Shown here piece after piece: positions 17,473 through 25,660 of a stretch of 35,440 nucleotides of DNA (positions are counted from its first letter, which is position 1; each line of letters opens with the position of its first letter). Source of the stretch: an uncultured bacterium (GTDB lineage: Bacteria; Patescibacteriota; Minisyncoccia; Phycocordibacterales; UBA9973); the NCBI GenBank assembly GCA_903862375.1, contig CAIOXR010000078.1, positions 1-35,440 of the forward strand, in the 5' to 3' direction. A model generated the notes under the pieces. It was not told the DNA's origin. It was given only the letters and a program-made list of their open reading frames with translations, and made no database searches. A program made the translations under genes and the position numbers.

Positions 17473-19143
17473 ATGAATTCAGAAACAAAAAATTGTAAGA
17501 ATTGTAAAAAAGATTTCACAATAGAATCTGATGATTTTTCTTTTTATGAAAAGATTGGTGTTTGTGTTCCAAACATGTGTCCTTGTTGTAGAGCTCAGTC
17601 ACGATTAAGTTTTCGTAATGAAAGAACATTTTATAAAAGACCATGTGATAAATGTAAGAAAAGTGTTGTATCTATGTATTCACCCAATAAATCATTTACT
17701 GTTTATTGCTACGATTGCTGGTTTAATGACAATTGGGGAGGGGAGGATTTTGGATTAGATTATGATTATAAAATTCCTTTTTTTGAACAATTTGATAAAT
17801 TATGGAAAAAAGTGCCTAAAGTTTCACTTATTTATATGCGTAGTCCAGGAAGTGAATATACAAATATATCTGCCGATAACAAAGATTGCTACTATATTAT
17901 AGAATCATCAAACAATGAAAATTCAATACATTCATACTGGATTCAAGAGTGTAGAGATGTGATAGACACTTCTTTTGCATCCAAGTGTGAGCTTACATAT
18001 GAATCTGATGATTGTTACAATTCATACAAACTTTTATATAGTAAAGGTTGTCATGATTGTACTACGAGTTATTTTCTTGCTGATTGCAAAGGGTGCACAG
18101 ATTGTATTGGGTGTATTAATTTAAGAAATAAAAGTAATTATATTTTCAATGAATCATATTCAAAAAAAGATTATGAAGAGATTAAAAAAGACTTAAATCT
18201 TAATACTTATACTGGCATAAAAAATTTCAGAGAAAAATATGAAGAATTTTTAATAAAAAAACCTCGTAAATTTGCTGAAATAATACAAATTGTAAATTCA
18301 ACTGGTTCATATATGAAAAATGTTAAGAATTGCAAGTCGTGTTTCCATTGTTATGATGCAGAAGACAATAAGTATGGTGTTCATATTTGGAGAAATGCTA
18401 AAGACACTATGGATTGTGATACAGCAGGAAGGAATGTATCTTTAATATATAATTCGATAAATGCTGGAATTGATAATTCAAATCTGACCTGTGTTGCTTT
18501 GTGTTGGACTTGTTCATTTGTAGAGTATTCTATGTATTGTTTTAATTCCAATAATTGTTTTGGTTGTGTTGGATTAAGAAAAAAGAATTATTGTATTTTA
18601 AATAAACAATATGGAAAAGAAGAATATGAAAGAATCGTAAATAATATAAAGAATGAATTGAAAGAAAAAGGAGAGTATGGTAGTTTCTTTTCTAATAATT
18701 TATCATGTTTTGGATATAATGAGACTCCAGCCAATGAACAATTTCCACTTTCTAAAAAAGAAGCAATAGAGAGAAGTTTTAAATGGGAAGATACGGAAAG
18801 GGGAGTATATAATAAAGAAACGAAGAAGATAGAGGATATACCTGACAGAATAGAAGATATAGATTTTGAAGTTAGTAATGAGATATATGTCTGTGCGGAT
18901 TGTAATAAAAATTATAAGATTATAGTAGATGAATTCTCTTTTTATAAGAAGTTAGATATTCCTTTACCTCGCTTGTGTCCTGAATGTAGACATAATAGAA
19001 GGATGAAATCGCGTGGTCCGAACAAGCTTTGGCATAGGTCTTGTATGAAAGAAGGTTGTTCTAATGAATTTGAAACTTCGTATTCATCAGATCGACCAGA
19101 GATAGTTTACTGCGAACAATGTTATCAGAATGAAGTAGTATAA
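17473..19143 (+). CDS. Cys-rich repeat protein of unknown function, paralog 2
   Basis: CKNCKKDF.I..DD..FY, CPCCR..RNER.FYKRPCDKC, duplicated C.GC..LR.K module, PRLCPECR, YCEQCY..EV. Confidence 0.85.
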   Translation: MNSETKNCKNCKKDFTIESDDFSFYEKIGVCVPNMCPCCRAQSRLSFRNERTFYKRPCDKCKKSVVSMYSPNKSFTVYCYDCWFNDNWGGEDFGLDYDYKIPFFEQFDKLWKKVPKVSLIYMRSPGSEYTNISADNKDCYYIIESSNNENSIHSYWIQECRDVIDTSFASKCELTYESDDCYNSYKLLYSKGCHDCTTSYFLADCKGCTDCIGCINLRNKSNYIFNESYSKKDYEEIKKDLNLNTYTGIKNFREKYEEFLIKKPRKFAEIIQIVNSTGSYMKNVKNCKSCFHCYDAEDNKYGVHIWRNAKDTMDCDTAGRNVSLIYNSINAGIDNSNLTCVALCWTCSFVEYSMYCFNSNNCFGCVGLRKKNYCILNKQYGKEEYERIVNNIKNELKEKGEYGSFFSNNLSCFGYNETPANEQFPLSKKEAIERSFKWEDTERGVYNKETKKIEDIPDRIEDIDFEVSNEIYVCADCNKNYKIIVDEFSFYKKLDIPLPRLCPECRHNRRMKSRGPNKLWHRSCMKEGCSNEFETSYSSDRPEIVYCEQCYQNEVV

Positions 19144-19152
19144 TAAAAAATT

Positions 19153-19397
19153 ATGAATATACTAGTCAATATAGTATTGAATTGTTTAATAAATTAAAAG
19201 ATCATAAATTAACTATTTTCTCTGGAGATATTGATAAATGTGTATTTGGAGACCAACTAGCAACTATGGATTTTAAAACAAGAATATTCTTTACTTATAC
19301 TGATAAAATAAAAATAGAGAATAAAATTAATTTACCTAAATATAGTGGATATATAATAAGTAGTAATTATGAAGGAGATATAAAGATAGAAAAATAA
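19153..19397 (+). pseudogene. Probable gene remnant
   Basis: The ATG at 19153 closes after 14 codons; another frame is open 19134-19397 with no ATG near its start (TTG at 19182). Confidence 0.35.
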
Positions 19398-19405
19398 TAT
19401 CTTTC

Positions 19406-19433
19406 TTGCAAATTTTAATTTTAGTGTTATCAT
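19406..19433 (+). promoter_or_regulatory. Sigma70-type promoter of the ileS leader
   Basis: TTGCAA (19406-11), 16-bp spacer, TGt-TATCAT (19428-33); places +1 at the base of T-box Stem I. Confidence 0.7.
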
Positions 19434-19439
19434 CTAGGT

Positions 19440-19653
19440 ATACGAAGAAGGAGTCATCACTCCTGAGTATTGGGAAGAAATGTTTCGTAAATCCGCCTTC
19501 GCAGGAAGGCTACGGCGAGACAAAGTAGAACCCTTTAATGAGAAGTCCCGTGCAATTCAGCGGGTAAAAAATGAGGTGGTACCACGTGTTTCATCGGAAG
19601 CTCGTCCTTATATAGCAATTATTATAATTGTTGTATGTGGACGAGTTTTTTTT
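19440..19653 (+). ncRNA. T-box riboswitch (Ile specifier) upstream of ileS
   Basis: T-box GGTGGTACCACG 19575-86; antiterminator gagg/cctt plus acg/cgt with 7-nt bulge TGGTACC; Stem I with GA motif and ATC at 19456-58; GAA/AGTA internal loop in Stem II. Confidence 0.9.
19598..19653 (+). terminator. T-box attenuator terminator
   Basis: aagctcgtcc...tatagcaatta-tta-taattgttgta...ggacgagttt with an 8-T run (19646-53); mutually exclusive with the antiterminator. Confidence 0.85.
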
Positions 19654-19664
19654 GTTTATGTTAC

Positions 19665-19766
19665 ATAAAAATATTTTCGTTTCGCTAACGGATAAATTTC
19701 TACTGAAATTTTCCTCATTGCTCGGCTCGACAGCCTCCGCAGTGGCTCATCTGAAAATATTTTTAT
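19665..19766. other. 102-bp element with 14-bp perfect terminal inverted repeats
   Basis: ataaaaatattttc (19665-78) and gaaaatatttttat (19753-66); GC-richer core with hairpin aaatttc-tact-gaaattt. Confidence 0.65.
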
Positions 19767-19811
19767 TTTACCTTTATAAGTTTAATTATTATAAATATTT
19801 TAATAAAATAT

Positions 19812-22800
19812 ATGGAAGAAAAAAATCAAAAGTCAAATAGTGCATTAAGAGAAGAAGCTGTTTTAAAATTCTGGAAAGAGAATGATATTTTCGAAAAGAG
19901 TTTAAAGAAAGACGCACCAAAAGGTAAATATGTTTTTTATGATGGTCCTCCTTTTGCTACGGGTTTGCCTCATTATGGTCATATTCTTGGAAGTGCAGTA
20001 AAAGATGTTATCGGTAGGTATAAAACAATGAGTGGATATAATGTTCCTCGTCGTTGGGGTTGGGATTGTCATGGTTTACCTATTGAAAATATTGTTGAAA
20101 AAGATTTAGGTATTTCAGGAAAGAAAGCCATCGAAGCATTAGGGATAGATAAGTTTACAGAACACGCACGTAGTAAGGTTCTTACTTATGTCTCCGAATG
20201 GAAGAAGACTGTTGATCGTATGGGACGCTGGGTAGATTTTGATAACTCCTATAAGACTATGGATAATACTTTTATAGAAAGTGTCTGGTGGGCATTAGGT
20301 GAAATGAATAAAAAAGGTTTACTTTACGAAGGAGTAAGAGTATTAGCATATTGCCCTCGATGTGAGACACCAATAGCAAACTCAGAAATAGCTATGGATA
20401 ATAGTTATAAAGATATCACTGATATTTCTGTATATGTTAAATTTAAAATTTTAGATAAAAAATATAAAGATACTTATCTTCTGGCTTGGACTACGACCCC
20501 TTGGACACTTCCTGGTAATACTGCCATAGCTATAAATAAAGATTTAGTTTATATATTAGTGAAAAATATTACAGATAAAGGTGAAGAAGTGTATATAGTA
20601 TCAAAAGATTTATTTGAAAGTTTAAGAAGTAAATTTAATAATCCTGAAATTATTAAAGAAGTAAAAGGTGAAGATTTAATCGGTCTTTCTTATGAACCAA
20701 TTTTTTCTTATTATGAAAATGTTGAAATACCAAATAAAGAAAATATTTGGAAAGTTTGGCATGCTGATTTTGTGACAATGGAAAAAGGTACTGGTATTGC
20801 GCATGAGGCTCCTGCCTTTGGTGAAGATGACATGAATCTGGCAAAGATGAATAATATTCCTTTTATTCGTCATGTTGAACCAAATGGTGATTTCTCAAAA
20901 GAAGTTACTGATTTCCCAAATGTGAAAGCAAAACCCAAAGAAGATCATCAATCTACTGATATATTAATTATTAAATATTTGGCTGGTAGTGGACATCTTT
21001 TTGCCAAAGAAAAAATAATACACTCATATCCTCATTGTTACCGTTGTGAGACACCACTTTTGTATTATGCTCTTCCATCTTGGTTTATAAATATTCAAAA
21101 AGTAAAAAATGATTTAATTAAGAAGGGTGAAGATATGAATTGGATACCAGGACATTTAAAAGATGGGCGCTTTAAGCAAACTATGGAAAGTGCACCAGAT
21201 TGGACTATATCTCGTAATCGTTATTGGGCAAGTCCATTACCATTTTGGAAATCAAAAAGTGGCAAACTAATAGTTATAAGTTCACTAGAGGATCTAAAAT
21301 CAAAAATAAAGAAATCTGGAAATAAATATTTTGTAATGCGTCATGGAGAAGCAGAGTGTAATGTCAGTAAAGTTATTTTAGATGATGATCAAGCGAATAA
21401 TTGTAAACTTACAGAAAAAGGTAGGGAGCAAGTTAAAGATAGTTCTAAGAATTTTAAAGAAAAGATAGATATCATAATTGCTTCTCCTTTGGAAAGAACT
21501 AGAGAAACTACAAAAATTATTTGTGAAAATATTGGTTTTCCTTTAGATAAAGTTATATACAGTGACCTTGAAAAAGAATGGGATGTTAGCTCAAATTTTC
21601 AAGGTAAATCCAGAGAAGATTTTGAAGATTATTATTGTAGACAATATTTGAATCATCCATTTGAAGCATTACCAAATGGAGAGAGTTATTCTCAGCTTGT
21701 ATATCGTGTTGGTAAAATGATTTATGATATAGATAGTAAATATAATGGGAAAAATATTCTTTTAGTTGGGCATGCAGGTGAAACCAGTGCTCTTAATCAT
21801 GTGGTTCAAGGATTTTCTTTTGAGACATTAGCGAAAGATTTGCATTTTCCTTCATATTTAAAGAATGCTGAGATAAGAGAACTTGATTTTATTCCTTTAC
21901 CTCACAATCATAATTATGAACTTGATTTTCATCGTCCATATATTGACTCCATTATACTTGTAGATGATGAAGGGGAAGAATACAAAAGAATTTCTGAAGT
22001 TGTAGATTGTTGGTTTGAATCTGGGTCTATGCCTTTTGCTCAAAATCATTACCCATTTGAGTGTCCTAATTGGAAAGAAGAAAATTTTCCATCAGGTTTT
22101 GTTGCTGAGTATATAGCTCAAACTCGAACATGGTTTTACTATACACATACTATTTCTACTATTCTTTTTGGAGAAGCACCATTTGAGAATGTTGTGACGA
22201 CTGGAACTGTATTAGCAGAAGATGGGGCTAAGATGTCGAAATCTAAGAATAATTATCCTGATCCATGGTTATTATTTAATAAATATGGAGTTGATGCTCT
22301 TCGTTTTTATTTAGTATCTTCTACTCTTATGAAAGGAGAGGATGTTAATTTCTCTGAAAAGTTAGTACAAGAGGTCGCTAGTAAGATAATTAATCGTTTT
22401 GATAATGTAGTTTCTTTTTATGAATTATATAAAGGAGATTTTGATCCAGAAAGTGAACATGAAATATCAAAAAATGTTTTAGATATTTGGATCATATCAA
22501 GATTAAAACAATTTGTTTTAGAAGTAGAAGATGGTATGAAATCCTATGATTTAGCACAAGCGACAAAACCATTTGAATTGTTTATTGAAGATTTATCTAC
22601 ATGGTATTTGCGTAGATCTCGCGATAGATTAAAAGAAAATGATGCTGAATCTAAACAGACGCTATATTTTGTGTTAAAGGTAACAGTTCAGTTATTTGCT
22701 CCATTTATGCCATTTATTGCTGATGATATTTGGCAGAAAATCCGATTTGAATCGGATCCTGTAAGTGTTCATCTTACAGACTTTTTTGATGGAATTAAAA

Positions 22801-23291
22801 TAGATAGTATAGATACTAAAATAATAAATGAAATGCAAGAAGTTCGTGAGGTTGTTACTTTGGGTCTTCAAGCGAGACAAAAAGCAGGAATACCAGTAAG
22901 ACAGCCTTTGGGTGAGCTAGTAGTTACTAATTACAAGCTACCTAAAGAATACGAAGAGATAGTCAAAGATGAATTAAATATAAAAGAGATTAAGATATTA
23001 GATGGTGAAGAAAAGAAAGTAGAGATAGATACGGATATCACACCCGAGCTTCGTACAGAGGGTCAGTATAGAGAGCTTGTAAGAGCTATACAAGATATGA
23101 GGAAAAAAGCAGGACTTAACCCAAGTGATATTGTAAATATCATAATATCTACCTCTAAAGAAGGAGAAGGTCTAATAAATAAATTTAAGAATGAACTACT
23201 AAAAGCAGTAGGGTCAAATGAGATAAAAATAAAAGAGAATAATGGAACTGAGGTCAAGATTGATGATTTAATATTTGTCATAAGTATATAA
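19812..23291 (+). CDS. ileS: Isoleucine--tRNA ligase (type 2) with inserted histidine phosphatase domain
   Basis: DGPPFATGLPHYGH, GWDCHGLP, WTTTPWTLP, DWTISRNRYW, KMSKS; insert with RHGE at about aa 504-693. Confidence 0.96.
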   Translation: MEEKNQKSNSALREEAVLKFWKENDIFEKSLKKDAPKGKYVFYDGPPFATGLPHYGHILGSAVKDVIGRYKTMSGYNVPRRWGWDCHGLPIENIVEKDLGISGKKAIEALGIDKFTEHARSKVLTYVSEWKKTVDRMGRWVDFDNSYKTMDNTFIESVWWALGEMNKKGLLYEGVRVLAYCPRCETPIANSEIAMDNSYKDITDISVYVKFKILDKKYKDTYLLAWTTTPWTLPGNTAIAINKDLVYILVKNITDKGEEVYIVSKDLFESLRSKFNNPEIIKEVKGEDLIGLSYEPIFSYYENVEIPNKENIWKVWHADFVTMEKGTGIAHEAPAFGEDDMNLAKMNNIPFIRHVEPNGDFSKEVTDFPNVKAKPKEDHQSTDILIIKYLAGSGHLFAKEKIIHSYPHCYRCETPLLYYALPSWFINIQKVKNDLIKKGEDMNWIPGHLKDGRFKQTMESAPDWTISRNRYWASPLPFWKSKSGKLIVISSLEDLKSKIKKSGNKYFVMRHGEAECNVSKVILDDDQANNCKLTEKGREQVKDSSKNFKEKIDIIIASPLERTRETTKIICENIGFPLDKVIYSDLEKEWDVSSNFQGKSREDFEDYYCRQYLNHPFEALPNGESYSQLVYRVGKMIYDIDSKYNGKNILLVGHAGETSALNHVVQGFSFETLAKDLHFPSYLKNAEIRELDFIPLPHNHNYELDFHRPYIDSIILVDDEGEEYKRISEVVDCWFESGSMPFAQNHYPFECPNWKEENFPSGFVAEYIAQTRTWFYYTHTISTILFGEAPFENVVTTGTVLAEDGAKMSKSKNNYPDPWLLFNKYGVDALRFYLVSSTLMKGEDVNFSEKLVQEVASKIINRFDNVVSFYELYKGDFDPESEHEISKNVLDIWIISRLKQFVLEVEDGMKSYDLAQATKPFELFIEDLSTWYLRRSRDRLKENDAESKQTLYFVLKVTVQLFAPFMPFIADDIWQKIRFESDPVSVHLTDFFDGIKIDSIDTKIINEMQEVREVVTLGLQARQKAGIPVRQPLGELVVTNYKLPKEYEEIVKDELNIKEIKILDGEEKKVEIDTDITPELRTEGQYRELVRAIQDMRKKAGLNPSDIVNIIISTSKEGEGLINKFKNELLKAVGSNEIKIKENNGTEVKIDDLIFVISI

Positions 23292-23299
23292 AATATATT

Positions 23300-23842
23300 A
23301 TGGATACAATGTATCAAAAAGAATTAAATTCTTGGAAAAAGATTTGTATTTTAAATCCTCATAATCTTAGTGAAAAGGAAATAAGTGAACTACCTGTCTA
23401 TTTTGGGACTAGGACTGTCATACTAGTAGATGACGATAAGGTTGTATTAATTAAATCCACGAAATCAAATTATTATGTACTAGTTGGAGGAAGTATAGAA
23501 GAAGGGGAGACCATAGAGCAGGGCCTTATACGTGAGTGTAAAGAGGAATCTGGGTATGATATCTCTATTATTTCTCCTCTCGGTTACATAGAACTATGTA
23601 AGAAAAAATACAAAAGAATTATTTTTGGATTTTTAGTAAAAGCTGTAGGAGAGCCAACTGAGCTTTTGCTTACGGAGGAAGAAAAAGAATTAGGGCATAC
23701 AGTATACATCTGTCCTATGGATGAAGCGATAACTCTCTTAAAAAATGATGTAAAAAAAGGCGTTTTTGTTAAAGATAATTTGGCAGCCATCCGCTCTCTT
23801 ATGTTTTTAGAAGAAGCTGAAAAGTATTTAAAAAAGTGCTAA
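23300..23842 (+). CDS. NUDIX hydrolase
   Basis: Nudix box GGSIEEGETIEQGLIRECKEESG. Confidence 0.9.
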   Translation: MDTMYQKELNSWKKICILNPHNLSEKEISELPVYFGTRTVILVDDDKVVLIKSTKSNYYVLVGGSIEEGETIEQGLIRECKEESGYDISIISPLGYIELCKKKYKRIIFGFLVKAVGEPTELLLTEEEKELGHTVYICPMDEAITLLKNDVKKGVFVKDNLAAIRSLMFLEEAEKYLKKC

Positions 23843-23851
23843 AATAGGGTT

Positions 23852-24418
23852 ATGGAAAAAATTATAAAAGAAGCTAGAGAACTAGCATATGGTGAAGCTG
23901 AAAAGAATGGAACACCTGCTGTACCTATTATTAATTTATCAACAGAAATAGGTAAAAGAATCGCTGGGGAATTAGGTGCAAATATTGAAATAGTTGAAAT
24001 TGGTACATTGCTTATGGACTGTGTCTTGGGGCAAGCCATAAAAGAAAATCGCCAGAAAGAACACATCCAGATGTCATATGAAAAAACAGATGAATTATTA
24101 AAAAAATTTTCAATATTAGAAGAAGATAAAAATAATATAAAGCATTGTGTACTGGAACATCATGGGGTTAAAAAGTTTTATTCTTTAGAGTCAGAAATAT
24201 GTTGTAATGCAGATTGTTACAGATTTATTTCTGTAAAAGGTATATTTCTTCAAATAAGAAATATGAGGGAAATGCCATTTGAAAAAATAGTTGAAAAATT
24301 AGAAGAAAAAGTAAATGAAAAGTGGAATGCTCTAACTTTAGATATTGCAAAAAATGAGTTATCTATTCAGTATGAATTAATAATTAAATTATTAGAAAAT
24401 TTAAAAGTAAAAAATTAA
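23852..24418 (+). CDS. HD-domain-like protein with degenerate metal motif
   Basis: LLMD at the HD position, EHI, VLEHHG, SLESEICCNAD; spacing typical of HD phosphohydrolases. Confidence 0.65.
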   Translation: MEKIIKEARELAYGEAEKNGTPAVPIINLSTEIGKRIAGELGANIEIVEIGTLLMDCVLGQAIKENRQKEHIQMSYEKTDELLKKFSILEEDKNNIKHCVLEHHGVKKFYSLESEICCNADCYRFISVKGIFLQIRNMREMPFEKIVEKLEEKVNEKWNALTLDIAKNELSIQYELIIKLLENLKVKN

Positions 24419-24420
24419 TT

Positions 24421-25005
24421 ATGAAAAAAGTATTTATTGTTCACGGGTTTGTAGGTATACCTAATGGTGGGTGGATTCCTTGGTTAATGGAGGAACTAGC
24501 AAAAAATAAAATCTTTGCTTGTGCTTTAGCAATGCCTAATCCAAAAAACCCATCTGTACCAGAATGGATTGAAGAAATTTCTCATGCTGTAAATAATGCA
24601 CCAGACGATGAAATATATTTGGTAGGGCATAGTTTAGGAGCTACAGCAGTAATGAAATATCTTGAAAGTATTCCAAATGAAAAAAAAGTTTCTGGGGTTG
24701 TATTAATTTCAGGACTCATAAGTCCACTTGATCCAGAAAATAGTAAAAGCAATTATCGCGCAATTGATTCATTCGTTGTTCCATCAATTTATTTTGAAAA
24801 AGTGAAAAATAAATCAGACAAGTTTATTTTGCTTCATAGTGTGGATGACCCAGCAGTTCCATTTGCACATGCTGAGATAATTTCCAAAGAGTTAAATTGT
24901 AAACTCGTTAAGGTAGATAAGTATAAACATTTTTTTATACTTGCAGAACCAATTTGTTATCAAATACCTGAATTACTAAAAATTATTGATGAAATATTAG
25001 AATAA
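24421..25005 (+). CDS. RBBP9/YdeN-type alpha/beta hydrolase
   Basis: VFIVHG, W.PWL, GHSLG, HSVDDPAVP, KHF. Confidence 0.9.
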   Translation: MKKVFIVHGFVGIPNGGWIPWLMEELAKNKIFACALAMPNPKNPSVPEWIEEISHAVNNAPDDEIYLVGHSLGATAVMKYLESIPNEKKVSGVVLISGLISPLDPENSKSNYRAIDSFVVPSIYFEKVKNKSDKFILLHSVDDPAVPFAHAEIISKELNCKLVKVDKYKHFFILAEPICYQIPELLKIIDEILE

Positions 25006-25589
25006 TGCATCATATTTATCATACACATGGATTTATACTAAGTTCGAAGAATAAAGGGGAAGCAAATAAAATGCTTACTGTTTATACTCGTGAGATGGGT
25101 TTGGTAAGGGCAATGGTTCAGGGAGTGAGGCTTCACAAATCAAAACTTCGATTTAGTTTACAAGATTTTTCTTATGTAAATATAGATTTCGTAAGAGGTA
25201 AAGATATATGGAGAGTGACATCAGCAAATAGTATCACAAGTTTTCCTTTTGCTAGATCTTCCAGAAGTTCACTACTGTTCATAGCTAGGATATGCAAACT
25301 TCTTGAAAGACTTTGTGATGGTGAAGAGTCAAATGAGAAGATATTTGATGATTTTATCCAAGTATTATATCTGATAGATGATTCAAATATATTAGATTCA
25401 TCAAGAGAAGCCCTTGAGCTTCATCTGGTGTTAAGAATAATGAATTCACTTGGTTATATTGGGGATTCTTTAATGTTGATGGATTATCTGGATGGAAGTA
25501 TAGACCTCACTCAGACAGAAACTTTACTAAGAGAAAAAAGATCTATTATTTCTCATATAAATAAGGCTTTGAATGAAAGCCAGCTTTAA
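25005..25589 (+). CDS. recO: DNA repair protein RecO (short form)
   Basis: T.GFILS...GEANKML.VYTREMGLVRA..QGVR..KSKL N-terminal OB domain, then a helical region. Confidence 0.8.
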   Translation: MHHIYHTHGFILSSKNKGEANKMLTVYTREMGLVRAMVQGVRLHKSKLRFSLQDFSYVNIDFVRGKDIWRVTSANSITSFPFARSSRSSLLFIARICKLLERLCDGEESNEKIFDDFIQVLYLIDDSNILDSSREALELHLVLRIMNSLGYIGDSLMLMDYLDGSIDLTQTETLLREKRSIISHINKALNESQL

Positions 25590-25660
25590 TTTAAATTAAA
25601 GCTAAATCACAGGTTAGATAATTTGTTACTTTTAAATAAAATGGTATTATAATAAAATAT

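Noticed and set aside
15721..19143. Cys-rich paralogs as diversity-generating retroelement targets or multiheme cytochromes
   Set aside because: No reverse transcriptase or TR/VR pair with adenine-specific differences seen; essentially no CxxCH heme motifs and no export signal.
19480..19840. ORFs 19480..19668 and 19628..19840 as leader peptides
   Set aside because: They run through the T-box, terminator and inverted-repeat element, which the RNA structure explains better.
21321..21890. IleRS insert as an intein
   Set aside because: No Cys/Ser start with His-Asn end and no LAGLIDADG motifs; the motifs match a His-phosphatase.
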